A DNA stretch of 64,000 nucleotides from Longimicrobiales bacterium. Its GTDB lineage: Bacteria; Gemmatimonadota; Gemmatimonadetes; Longimicrobiales; Gaopeijiaceae. The stretch covers positions 3,392,001-3,456,000 of the forward strand of contig OZ242008.1 in NCBI GenBank assembly GCA_965204735.1, given 5' to 3'. A model generated the notes under the pieces. It had not been told where the DNA came from. It made no database searches and saw only the letters and a program-made list of their open reading frames with translations. Positions 1 to 9,223 of the stretch are shown one piece after another. Made by a program: the position numbers and the translations under genes. The first letter of the stretch is position 1. The number at the start of each line of letters is the position of its first letter.

Positions 1-442
1 CGAGTACCGGCTGACCACGATCGTGCGATGGAATGCCGGCGACAGGTCGGTGAGCGGCGCCGACCTCGACGCCTACCGAGAGGACTATCGCGCGCAGAAC
101 GCCTGGAGAAGCGAGCCGAGCCGGACCGCCGGTCCGACGCTGAGCCCGAGGCGGCCCGCAGCGGACCAGTTTCCGGCGTTCAGCGGCCTTCTGATGGGCA
201 ACGCCGGCCATCTGTTCGTGTTTCCCTACCGGCGTCCGGGCCGACCAGAACCAGAGTCGGGCGCCATGGTCTTCTCCCCGACCGGCGAATTCATGTGCCG
301 CCTGCCGCCGATGCCAGACCACTCGCTGGCCGAGGCCGGCCCCGACTACCTGCTGACCGTGCATACCGACGAACTGGACGTTGCGACCGTAGTAGTGCAC
401 AGCTTCGCGCCCTCGACCGCCGCCGTGACGACGCAGCCGTAA
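1..442 (+). CDS. C-terminal part of a probable beta-propeller protein (starts before the window)
   Basis: Ends 'VFSPTGEFMCRL...YLLTVHTDELDVATVVVHSF', similar to the C-termini of the propeller proteins at 36218 and 51387-53757. Confidence 0.6.
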   Translation, partial: EYRLTTIVRWNAGDRSVSGADLDAYREDYRAQNAWRSEPSRTAGPTLSPRRPAADQFPAFSGLLMGNAGHLFVFPYRRPGRPEPESGAMVFSPTGEFMCRLPPMPDHSLAEAGPDYLLTVHTDELDVATVVVHSFAPSTAAVTTQP

Positions 443-486
443 CCGCAGCCCGCTTCTCGACCGAGCGGTAGGTGGAGAGACGCCCC

Positions 487-1698
487 GTGAACGCCATCGA
501 GTCGATCCACGTCAAGGGCTTCCGCTCTCTGGCCGACTTCAAGGTCGAGGACCTGCCCAACCCGACCGTGATGATCGGCCCGAACGGCGCGGGCAAGTCG
601 AACCTCTTCCGCTTCCTTGACATGGTCGGCCGGATGCTGACGCCGCCGTCGGGTGGGCTGGCAAGGTTCGTGCACGCGCAAGGCGGCGCGGACGACCAGT
701 TGTTCGGCGGGCGCCGGCGCACACGTCGCATGGAGGCCAATCTTGCGCTGCGCACGACGGCGGGCCGTGCCGACTACCGTTTCGCCCTGACGCACGCGAA
801 CCCCTTGATGATCTTGGATCCGCCCGCGTCCTCGCGGGGTTTCGCCCTGACACACGCGAACCCCGACCGCCTGGAGTTCGCCGACGAGCGCTTTCGGCTC
901 CGCAATGGCGACCGGCCGAGCGGCAACGGCGACCAGGCGAGCGGTTCGCCCTGGCAGGAACTGGGTTCCGGGCACGCCAAGGCCAAGCTCCTTGACGTGG
1001 GCGACGCGGGCTCGGACGACGCCGACGACGCAGGTTCCGCGGCACGGGCAATCGTCGCCACTCTTGGCGGCTGCTCATGCTACCACTTCCACGACACCTC
1101 CAACGGTTCCCGCATCAGGACGCCCGCGGACGCCAGCGACCGGCGACGCCTTTGCGGCGACGGCGGCAATTTGGCCGCCGTGTTGCACTTCCTGGAAAGG
1201 AACGACATGCGGCGGTACGAAAGCATCTGCTATCACGTCGGTCGGGTCCTGCCCCCATTCGACCGCTTCGCGATCGAGGAGCGCCCAGACCGCCTGACGT
1301 TGCGATGGAAGGCCAAGGGCTCCGACAAGGCCCGCGGCGCGCACCTTGCGTCGGACGGTTCGTTGCGGACATTCGCCCTGATGACGCTTCTCAACCTTCC
1401 CCTGGACCTGTTGCCCAGCGTCATTCTGCTCGACGAGCCCGAGCTGGGCCTTCACCCAGCGGCAGTCTCGCTGGTCGGCGGCATGATCAGGTCCCTGTCC
1501 TCCCAAAGGCAGATCATCGTCGCCACGCAGTCGTCCCTGCTCGTCGACGTCTTCGAACTTGAAAAGCTGCTCGTACTCGGTCTCGACGGGGATGCGACGA
1601 CGGTGCAACGGCCGAAGTCGGAAGACTACCGCGAGTGGCTGGGGGAATGCTCGACCGGCCAGCTCTGGGAAAACAACCTTCTGGATGGGTATCCTTGA
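487..1698 (+). CDS. ABC/SMC-like AAA ATPase (AAA_21/COG4637-like)
   Basis: Walker A GPNGAGKS, signature ASDGSLR, Walker B LLDEPE, ATQS; GTG start after GGAGA. Confidence 0.85.
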   Translation: MNAIESIHVKGFRSLADFKVEDLPNPTVMIGPNGAGKSNLFRFLDMVGRMLTPPSGGLARFVHAQGGADDQLFGGRRRTRRMEANLALRTTAGRADYRFALTHANPLMILDPPASSRGFALTHANPDRLEFADERFRLRNGDRPSGNGDQASGSPWQELGSGHAKAKLLDVGDAGSDDADDAGSAARAIVATLGGCSCYHFHDTSNGSRIRTPADASDRRRLCGDGGNLAAVLHFLERNDMRRYESICYHVGRVLPPFDRFAIEERPDRLTLRWKAKGSDKARGAHLASDGSLRTFALMTLLNLPLDLLPSVILLDEPELGLHPAAVSLVGGMIRSLSSQRQIIVATQSSLLVDVFELEKLLVLGLDGDATTVQRPKSEDYREWLGECSTGQLWENNLLDGYP

Positions 1699-1862
1699 GT
1701 CATGTGGGGCGCGGGATTCGGGCGTGGACACCCGAGCCCCGAAATCGGGACATCGGAGTGGACATTTCAGGGCCTCGAAATCTCGTCCGGGCCAGATCCA
1801 TGGACATGCGGACCCCGGGGCCTATCTTCCATCCATGTCTCTCTACGTGGAGGATTGACCAA

Positions 1863-2516
1863 ATGTCACCACATGACCACTTCGTCCAGTCCGTAGGCGG
1901 GAAGAAGTTTGCCACCGTTCTGGCCGATCCGCCCTGGCGCTTCCACAACAAGACGGGCAAGGTGGCGCCCGAGCACAAGCGATTGTCGCGCTATACGACC
2001 ATGTCCTTCGAGGAGATCGAGGGGTTGCCTGTTCAATCCGTCGTTGCGGACACGGCCCATTTGTATCTGTGGGTTCCCAACGCGCTCCTGCCGTACGGAC
2101 TCAAGGTCATGAAGTGCTGGGGGTTCGAGTACAAGACGAACCTAGTTTGGTACAAGATCAGGAAGGACGGCGGCCCCGATCGCAGGGGGGTCGGATTCTA
2201 CTTCAGGAACGTGACCGAAGTGATCCTTTTCGGGGTCAGAGGACGAAATGCACGCACGCTGCAGCCGGGTCGGCGCCAAGAGAACATGATCCGCTCTCGG
2301 AAGCGCGAACACAGCCGCAAGCCCGACGAGCAGTACGACATCATTGAGGCGTGCAGTCCGGGGCCCTACCTGGAACTCTTTGCCCGGGGCACGCGGGAAG
2401 GCTGGTTTGCCTGGGGCAACCAAGCTCGGGATTACACGCCGGACTGGAACACGTACTCGAACCACTCCGGCTCGCAGACCGCCGCGACGAACCAGCTGGA
2501 CCTGCTTCGCACATGA
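1863..2516 (+). CDS. MT-A70 family N6-adenine methyltransferase
   Basis: ADPPW catalytic motif, HLYLWV, EHSRKP, LELFAR; GGAGG RBS upstream. Confidence 0.9.
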   Translation: MSPHDHFVQSVGGKKFATVLADPPWRFHNKTGKVAPEHKRLSRYTTMSFEEIEGLPVQSVVADTAHLYLWVPNALLPYGLKVMKCWGFEYKTNLVWYKIRKDGGPDRRGVGFYFRNVTEVILFGVRGRNARTLQPGRRQENMIRSRKREHSRKPDEQYDIIEACSPGPYLELFARGTREGWFAWGNQARDYTPDWNTYSNHSGSQTAATNQLDLLRT

Positions 2517-3763
2517 ACGATTCAGAGCTGATTCGCCGCCTTCGTTTGGGCGAGGACTCCGTCTTGGAGCTGAAGCGCGTTCGGGTGTCTGGAAAACGTG
2601 TCAAGGAACCTAGCCAGGCCAGCGTCGCCGACGAGCTGGCGGCGCTGGCCAACGCCCAAGGGGGAACGTTGGTGCTGGGCGTGGACGACAAGACGCGCTT
2701 GGCCGAGGGCATCCCGCTCGAGCACCTTGACGTCGTGGAGACATGGATTCGCAACATCTGCAACGACTCGGTGAAGCCGTCGCTGGACGCCGACATCCTG
2801 AAGCAGGAAGCGCCCGATGCCGAGGGACACTTGGTACCGGTGATTCGGGTGGAAGTGCCACGAGGCCTCGACGTGCACAGGAGCCCGGGCGGCTACTTTC
2901 GCAGGTTAGGGAGCTCAAAGCGCGAACTCTCGCCCAGGGCCCTGGCGCGGCTCTCCCAAGAACGGGGCCGGAGCGGGCTTCTGCACTTCGACGGATCGAC
3001 GGTGCCCGACACGACGCCCGGCGATCTGGACTATTCGTTGACGCGCCGCTTCGTCCAGGGTGCCGCAGCCGCAATGGCCGAAACGCCCGAGGAAGAGCTG
3101 GCCGTCCTGCGCAAGATGAGAATCGTGACCGATGACTCGGACGGATGTGCGCGATTGACGCTCGCAGGTGTTCTGCTTTGCACGCGCGAACCGCAGAAGT
3201 GGCTTCCGCATGCCTACGTACAAGCGGTCGCCTATGCCGGCGAACGAACGGACACCGCTTATCAGAGCGACGCCCGCGACATTGGCGGATCGATCGACCA
3301 GCAAGTCGAGGAGGCGCTGCACTTTGTCCGCCGCAACATGCTCGTGCGCGCTGCCAAGCAAACGGGGCGGTCCCAGCGTCCGCAGTTTAGCGAACGGGCG
3401 GTTTTCGAGGCACTCGTCAACGCAGTGGCCCACCGCGACTATTCGAGGCACGGGGCCCGAATTCGGATGCACATGTTCGGAAACCGACTGGAGCTGCTTG
3501 TGCCCGGCGGCTTGGCCAACGGGCTGTCCACCGACAGCCTACACCTTGTCCAGTCCTGCCGGAACGAGTTCCTGGTGTCTTTGCTGGCACGATGCCCCGT
3601 GGCTCCGGGCGCGGATGTGGGCCGCAAACTCTTGATGGACCGAAGGGGCGACGGCGTTCCGATCATTCACCAGGAGAGCCGGAAGCTGTCGGGCCGGTTG
3701 CCGGAGTACAGGCTGGTCGGCGATGTCGAGCTTCAACTGGTGATCTGGGCGGCCCGGCCGTGA
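2513..3763 (+). CDS. AlbA_2/Schlafen-like domain plus HATPase_c_4 (RecG C-terminal-like) protein
   Basis: GEDSVLELK...ALANAQGGTLVLGVDD and EALVNAVAHRDY; ATGA overlap with the MTase. Confidence 0.85.
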   Translation: MNDSELIRRLRLGEDSVLELKRVRVSGKRVKEPSQASVADELAALANAQGGTLVLGVDDKTRLAEGIPLEHLDVVETWIRNICNDSVKPSLDADILKQEAPDAEGHLVPVIRVEVPRGLDVHRSPGGYFRRLGSSKRELSPRALARLSQERGRSGLLHFDGSTVPDTTPGDLDYSLTRRFVQGAAAAMAETPEEELAVLRKMRIVTDDSDGCARLTLAGVLLCTREPQKWLPHAYVQAVAYAGERTDTAYQSDARDIGGSIDQQVEEALHFVRRNMLVRAAKQTGRSQRPQFSERAVFEALVNAVAHRDYSRHGARIRMHMFGNRLELLVPGGLANGLSTDSLHLVQSCRNEFLVSLLARCPVAPGADVGRKLLMDRRGDGVPIIHQESRKLSGRLPEYRLVGDVELQLVIWAARP

Positions 3764-4446
3764 GCGCCGTCAAGCGGATCGTCTGCTTGGCCAACTCGCG
3801 CAAGCTGTCGGGCCGGTGCGTCGCCGGGCGGGAGTTGGCCGGCGGGAAGGCGGCGGGTCCCTGGATTCGCCCCGTGAGCGTGCGGCCAGGCCAGGAGGTC
3901 TCGGAGTACGAACGGCAGTACGAGGACGGCACCGACCCGCAGGTCCTCGACATCGTGAGCGTTCCGGTGCTCGCGCCGAAACCGGACGAGTGGCAGACCG
4001 AGAACTGGACGCTCGACGCCGAGCGCTACTGGAAGAAGCTGGGGAGATTCTCTTGGTTCGACCTGCCTTGCCTGCTGGACCCGCCCGAGCCTCTTTGGAT
4101 CGACGGACACAGCACCTACAACGGCACCAACGACAAGGTCCCGCGGGACCTCCTGGACAGCGTCTCCAGTTCCTTGCGGCTTGTGCACATGGAGCGGTTG
4201 CATTTGCGCGTGTTCGCTCCGGGCGAAGCGTTCGGGAACTCCAAGCGCCGTGTGCAGGCTCGCTTCTCTCACGCCGGATCGGAGTACCGCATCTGGGTCA
4301 CGGACCCGGTGTACGAGAGGAAGTACCTCTCGAAGCTCGACGGAGACTACGAGATCGGCGAGTGCTATCTGACCGTCAATCTGGGCGAACCCTACGGGGG
4401 AAGCTGCTACAAGCTGGCTGCCGCCGTCATCGAAGAGGGGCGCTGA
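3760..4446 (+). CDS. Dual OB-fold (DuOB) domain protein
   Basis: N-terminal IVCLANSRKLSGRCVAG, WIRPVS, C-terminal LTVNLGEPY..CYKLAAAVI; GTGA overlap. Confidence 0.75.
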   Translation: MSAVKRIVCLANSRKLSGRCVAGRELAGGKAAGPWIRPVSVRPGQEVSEYERQYEDGTDPQVLDIVSVPVLAPKPDEWQTENWTLDAERYWKKLGRFSWFDLPCLLDPPEPLWIDGHSTYNGTNDKVPRDLLDSVSSSLRLVHMERLHLRVFAPGEAFGNSKRRVQARFSHAGSEYRIWVTDPVYERKYLSKLDGDYEIGECYLTVNLGEPYGGSCYKLAAAVIEEGR

Positions 4447-4500
4447 CGCCGCGGGAGCCCGCCGGTCCCGTCTTCACGGTCGGCCACTCCGTGCAGACGG
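4443..4500 (+). pseudogene. Remnant 5' end of a first DUF488 gene
   Basis: Reads LTPREPAGPVFTVGHS (DUF488 N-terminal 'FTxGHS' motif), overlaps the DuOB stop, then loses similarity. Confidence 0.55.
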
Positions 4501-4577
4501 CTCCCTCGCGCTCCACGCGGCCGTCATCCCCATGTCCACTCCATCAAGTCCGCTTCAGCCGAGCCCCGCATCCCCAA

Positions 4578-5051
4578 ATGAAGCTCTTCACCATCGGATT
4601 CACCAAGAAGCCGGCGCGGCGGTTCTTCGGCGAACTCGTCGCTACGGCCAAGAAGTCGGGCCTCCGTCGTGTCGTGGACGTCCGGATCAACACCGGTTCC
4701 CAGCTCGCCGGCTTCGCCAAGAAGGACGACTTGGCCTACTTCCTGGACGTGATCTGCGGTGTGGGCTACATCCACATGCCGGCCCTGGCGCCGACGCCCG
4801 AGCTGCTGGCGGACTATCGAAAGAAGCGGATCGACTGGGCTGGCTACGAACCCCGCTTCGACGCCCTCATGCGCCAGCGCCGGATCGAGGACGCGCTCGC
4901 CGAGGAACGTGCGGCGCCGGGCCAGCCGTTCCTCCAGGACGGCGACTGCCTGCTCTGCAGCGAGCACGAGCCCGACCATTGCCATCGGCGCCTTGTGGTC
5001 GAGTACCTGCAACACCGATGGGACGGGCTGGAGTTCGAGCACTTGATGTAG
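4578..5051 (+). CDS. DUF488 family protein
   Basis: KLFTIGFTKK, VVDVR, SQLAGFAKK, LLCSEHEPDHCHR. Confidence 0.88.
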   Translation: MKLFTIGFTKKPARRFFGELVATAKKSGLRRVVDVRINTGSQLAGFAKKDDLAYFLDVICGVGYIHMPALAPTPELLADYRKKRIDWAGYEPRFDALMRQRRIEDALAEERAAPGQPFLQDGDCLLCSEHEPDHCHRRLVVEYLQHRWDGLEFEHLM

Positions 5052-5053
5052 AG

Positions 5054-5097
5054 AGGCTGGTTTGCGCAGGGCAACCAAGCCCATGGGCTACGCGCCG
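5054..5097 (+). repeat. Diverged direct copy of the MT-A70 gene 3' region (2399-2441)
   Basis: aggctggtttgcgcagggcaaccaagcccatgggctacgcgccg versus aggctggtttgcctggggcaaccaagctcgggattacacgccg. Confidence 0.8.
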
Positions 5098-5107
5098 CGG
5101 ATGGTGC

Positions 5108-5932
5108 TCAGGCAGGCCGCGCGCCTCCGCTCGCCGGGGGATCCGGTTCGTCCTCGATCCACGCCGAGATGAGCCCGGCCAGCGAGCCGATCAAGCCGAG
5201 CGAAAGAGTGACCAGCCAGATCGCCACGATCCGTCCGCCGGTGGAGACGGGATAGTGGTCGCCGAAGCCGGTCGGTTCGGCGCCGATCAAAGTCGAGATC
5301 GTCCATAGGAACGCAGCTTCTGCGGTGCGGATGTTGGCGTCGGGGTGAGCGCTCTCCACTCCCAGGACGAGGAAGCTGCCCGCGACGACCGACACCACGA
5401 TGAGGGCGAACACCGTCGCCACCAGGGCCTTTGTGCGCTCGACGTCGAAGAGCGCGGCCACGCCCCGCACGCTCCGGGTGGTGGAACGCATGACCCGCAC
5501 CATCATCACGAGACGCAACCCCCGAAACGCGCGCAGTACCTCCACGTCCGGGATCGATGCGATCACGTCCGCCCATCCCCACTTCAACCACTGACGACGG
5601 TTCGGCGCCTTCCAGATGTCCCACGCTGCCTTGAGGATGAAGAGGCTGCACACAAACCGGTCGGCGATCACGGCCATCGCCACAAATTCGGCGTCCAGGT
5701 CGAACCCCTGACGGAGTCCGAACAAGATCACGGAGCCCAGCGCAAGAAGGGCGTACAGCATTTCCAAGATGACCTGGGCGGCGGAGTTGGGACGGGGGCC
5801 TGACGGGCGCGCCGTCGGTGGGCCGGGACTCGACCTGGCGGCCGTGGCGGGGTCGGGACTCGACCCGGAAGCCGGAGGTGGCCCGGGACTAGACCTGGCG
5901 GCCGGAGGCGGCTCGGATTGGGCGTCGCTCAT
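5108..5932 (-). CDS. 6TM voltage-gated-type ion channel with atypical pore loop
   Basis: S4-like LRAFRGLRLVMMVRVMR; pore region WTISTLIGAEPTGFGDHYPVSTGGR; ATGA overlap with the upstream exonuclease. Confidence 0.8.
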   Translation of the reverse strand: MSDAQSEPPPAARSSPGPPPASGSSPDPATAARSSPGPPTARPSGPRPNSAAQVILEMLYALLALGSVILFGLRQGFDLDAEFVAMAVIADRFVCSLFILKAAWDIWKAPNRRQWLKWGWADVIASIPDVEVLRAFRGLRLVMMVRVMRSTTRSVRGVAALFDVERTKALVATVFALIVVSVVAGSFLVLGVESAHPDANIRTAEAAFLWTISTLIGAEPTGFGDHYPVSTGGRIVAIWLVTLSLGLIGSLAGLISAWIEDEPDPPASGGARPA

Positions 5933-7110
5933 CGGGCGCCGGCCCAGTGGAGGAACTCCGCCGCCGACACGATCGGCTTGCCGTATCGCCGGGCTGCCCG
6001 GGCTTTGCCGGAAGCGGTGGCCACGTCCGCCGCCACCAGCACGTCGCAGCCCTTCTTGGTGACGGCCCCGACGGGACAGAGGCCGGCCTGCTGCGCCACT
6101 GCCTCCAGCTCGTTGCGCTCCCACTTCTTGCCGCTCACGCGGACGCTGCCCGTGAAGCAGACTGCGGCGCCCGCCGCCAGCTTCTCGAGGCCGGCGACCG
6201 GGGTCGGTCCGGGAACGTCCACGTCCGTCAGCTCCAGCTGTTCGGCGATGCGCGCGATGATCTCGTGCTCCGCCGGGCTGACTACGCCGTCCCGCTTGGC
6301 GGCAGCCACGATGCAGTCGAAGTAGTCCCGGTGCGCCTTCAGCCGCTCCCGTTCGGATATTCCCCACTCGCGGGCCAGGCGCTCGATCTCGGCGCGTTCG
6401 GTCTTGTCGATGACGCCGTCGTCCAGCACCCAGTCCAGGGCGTCCAAGTACGCGCACACGAGCTCGTCGCTGTGGGGGTAGTGGGAGCGGGCCACGACCC
6501 TGTGCATCGGACTCGTTCCGGCGTCGGCGAGCCCGCGACGCAAGGTGTGCTGGCCGGGCCTTTGCGCCACGTATCCGACGCGCACCGGCTGGGCGCCCAG
6601 GTCGGCGCCTTCGCCCCACAAATGCCGGGCGAGCTCCGCCGTGGCCCTGGCGTCGGCCAGCGCGCGGTGGGCGCAGGGAAGGGCGATGCCCCGTTCGGCG
6701 CAGGCGACTTGGAGCTTCTCCCGCGTCGACCGCAACGTGCACAGGCCGGCGCCCATGTCGACCCGCACGTCGTTGCGCTCGAACTCCTGGCACAGCATCC
6801 GCGAGTCGAAGGGCAGGTTGTGGGCCACCAGCACCGCCCCGTTGAGGCGCCGCGCCAAGTCCGCCGCCACCTCGCCGAAGACCGGCGCCGCCTCCACCAT
6901 CGACGCGGCGATCCCGTGCACGCCCGTGGCGCCCACGTCCCGCTCCGGGTTGAGGAGGGTGTCGTACTCGTCCACCGTCTCCCACGACTCCGGGTCCATG
7001 GCAACGGCGGCGATCTCGATGATCCTGTCGGCGTGGCCGAACCCCGTGGTCTCGACGTCGATGACCACGGCCGGGCGCCGCGACTTGGGGGCAAGGTGTG
7101 TCTGGTGCAT
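5929..7110 (-). CDS. DEDDh 3'-5' exonuclease with TerB-like helical region and C-terminal BRCT domain
   Basis: IDVETTG, VAHNLPFD, HRALADA; DGVIDKTER and DGVVSPAE; VCFTG...VTKK...SGKARAARRYGKPIV. Confidence 0.85.
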   Translation of the reverse strand: MHQTHLAPKSRRPAVVIDVETTGFGHADRIIEIAAVAMDPESWETVDEYDTLLNPERDVGATGVHGIAASMVEAAPVFGEVAADLARRLNGAVLVAHNLPFDSRMLCQEFERNDVRVDMGAGLCTLRSTREKLQVACAERGIALPCAHRALADARATAELARHLWGEGADLGAQPVRVGYVAQRPGQHTLRRGLADAGTSPMHRVVARSHYPHSDELVCAYLDALDWVLDDGVIDKTERAEIERLAREWGISERERLKAHRDYFDCIVAAAKRDGVVSPAEHEIIARIAEQLELTDVDVPGPTPVAGLEKLAAGAAVCFTGSVRVSGKKWERNELEAVAQQAGLCPVGAVTKKGCDVLVAADVATASGKARAARRYGKPIVSAAEFLHWAGAR

Positions 7111-7673
7111 TAGTCAGCCAACTCCCTGGCGGCCACGGATCTTCCAACGATCGTCTTGACCTGATTTCCCTTGTAGACATCCTTCCGGAACCGAACGCCC
7201 CGGGTCACCCGAGTCGGCTCCTTGTCGAACCGCTCGGTGATCTTCTCAGCAAGCACGACATGACGTAGGACGACATGGATCGATTCCTCGGACTTTACCT
7301 CGCAGAGCGACTGAAGATACTTCGCCACGGGAACCGACCAGCGCAGCTGCTCCATGGCCCGTCTGGCGTCCGACAGCGTCTTCTTCATCTCGACGAGGAC
7401 CGCTCGCGACTCCCGGCCATCGGGAATCACCAGGAGGTAGTCGCATATCTGCTTCCATTTTCCGTCCTTCATGCCCTTTAAATGTTGCAGGCGACTCATT
7501 CGGACAATCGTCCAGGACGACGGAACGTTCGTAACCCTGAACTTCATGCCGGCTTTACGTTCGCGCAACACCACGTCAGCTACCGGGGCACCGGCCGAAT
7601 ACGCGACCCTCTTCAAGTGCGTGTCCCGTACTACGCTCTGCAACAGCTCCGCAAATTCCGGCGGCATCGACAT
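7110..7673 (-). CDS. Hypothetical protein, possible PD-(D/E)xK-fold nuclease
   Basis: ICDYLLV...VLVEMK...AMEQL pattern; starts 1 nt after the ATPase stop; TAATG overlap downstream. Confidence 0.55.
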   Translation of the reverse strand: MSMPPEFAELLQSVVRDTHLKRVAYSAGAPVADVVLRERKAGMKFRVTNVPSSWTIVRMSRLQHLKGMKDGKWKQICDYLLVIPDGRESRAVLVEMKKTLSDARRAMEQLRWSVPVAKYLQSLCEVKSEESIHVVLRHVVLAEKITERFDKEPTRVTRGVRFRKDVYKGNQVKTIVGRSVAARELAD

Positions 7674-7674
7674 C

Positions 7675-9102
7675 CTACTCTTCGTTGTGGCGGGCCTGCA
7701 CTTCGGCGGCCAAAGTCCTCGACACCCGGTTGATGTCGTCGATCGTGTCGTCGAAGACAGGCATGTCGATCCCGAACTCGTCCACTGTCGCGGGGGCCAG
7801 TTTGTGGCCGTCCGCCACGTAGGCACGCACCGACGAAGGAGTCAACTGATCCGCATTGGCATACTTCAGTCCCCGCAAGGCAGGGCTGTCGTTGTCGAGC
7901 TGACCGATCATGATCAGGTTGTTGATCTCCTTGACGAGGTAGTCGCTGTGAGTCGTGACCAATACCTTGATTCCAGCACGCACGAACCGCGCGAGTATGC
8001 GAGCCAGCAGAATCTGGTTGCCGGTGTCGAGGTGGCTCTCGGGTTCGTCGATGATCAACAGGTCGCCCCGAGCGGCCTTGTGGCGAAGATAGAAGTACAG
8101 GTCGGCCAGTCCGCGCGCGGAAGACGAAGCGAGATGCAACGGGATGTCGAACTTCCTCTTTCCGCGAGCCTTGGATCGAAAGGAGATGGCATCCCGGGAT
8201 GCCCTGTAGTATCCTCCCATGATGTTCTTGACGTCGCTGAAGAGCTTGTCCTCTGCAAGAGCACTCCGTTCCTTTTGCATATCGTGAATGTTTCTTGTGT
8301 AGTCGATGTTGTCCTTTATCGGCTGCGCATACTTGCTCGTGTTCTTGTCGATAAGCAGGAACGGCGTTCGGTTGTCGCGGTCGTCGTCTCGGCCCATCTT
8401 CTGAAGCAGGTCGACCAGCTGGCTCTTTGTGAAGTCCAATTCTTTGTAGAACAACGATATTCCGAAGCGTTCAGCCGAGAGTATGAAGGGGCGTGGGAAC
8501 TCGCAGCAGAACAAACGCAGCAACAGATGATGCATCATGTCCTCCAGAATGCGACGCGACCCGTCTCGCGTGGACGTCGCCCTCCCGCGATCTATGGCAA
8601 AGGCCAGTTCGCGTCCGTTGTAGTGCAGTGTCATTCGGCCAGCGCGAAGACCTGCCATTTCCTCGACGGCCGGGGACTCGCCCTCCAAGTCGTGCTCGTT
8701 CAGCTCCACCGACACGCGGGCGTCTCCCAAAGCCTCCGAAGTCGTACTGAACACGGCCGGCAGGGCACCGGCCGAGAAGTCGCGAGCGAGCTGGTCGACA
8801 AGGCGACGTCGTACGTCTGCCAGCACGGCGGGCGTCACCTGAACGCTGGCGCGGTCCAACTCGGCAAGGGCCTTCGCGATCGTGGGCAACTTGAGCGCCG
8901 TCACAGGGTGAGTGGGATCGCGGGCATGGCGTCGGAAGAAGACGCCGGCACGAGGCCAGGCTTCCCACTGCTTGAGAAAGCCGTACAAGGCATAAACCAA
9001 GTAGGTCTTTCCCGTGTTGTTGCGACCAGCGATGATCGTGAGGTCGCCCAGCGTGATCTCCGCGTTGTCCACGGGACCGATTTTCTCGAAGCGGAACGTC
9101 AT
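7675..9102 (-). CDS. ABC-type AAA ATPase (AAA_15/AAA_21-like)
   Basis: GRNNTGKT, LASSSARG signature, IIDEPESHL, TTHS; start could be 9186. Confidence 0.85.
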   Translation of the reverse strand: MTFRFEKIGPVDNAEITLGDLTIIAGRNNTGKTYLVYALYGFLKQWEAWPRAGVFFRRHARDPTHPVTALKLPTIAKALAELDRASVQVTPAVLADVRRRLVDQLARDFSAGALPAVFSTTSEALGDARVSVELNEHDLEGESPAVEEMAGLRAGRMTLHYNGRELAFAIDRGRATSTRDGSRRILEDMMHHLLLRLFCCEFPRPFILSAERFGISLFYKELDFTKSQLVDLLQKMGRDDDRDNRTPFLLIDKNTSKYAQPIKDNIDYTRNIHDMQKERSALAEDKLFSDVKNIMGGYYRASRDAISFRSKARGKRKFDIPLHLASSSARGLADLYFYLRHKAARGDLLIIDEPESHLDTGNQILLARILARFVRAGIKVLVTTHSDYLVKEINNLIMIGQLDNDSPALRGLKYANADQLTPSSVRAYVADGHKLAPATVDEFGIDMPVFDDTIDDINRVSRTLAAEVQARHNEE

Positions 9103-9223
9103 TTGGCGGCGCGCTGGCTGGAGGTTGACGGTGGAGCGACCACGGACCCGACCGGCGAAGCTCCATCCTCGCCCTCTTCGGTTCATGGTCCCGATCGCCC
9201 TTCATCCTACCGCGCCCGCAACA

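Noticed and set aside
1700..1862. Missing DUF4276 partner, or GGACA-repeat operator, after the first ATPase
   Set aside because: No VEG/DxD motif in any frame; the GGACA repeats are short and irregularly spaced
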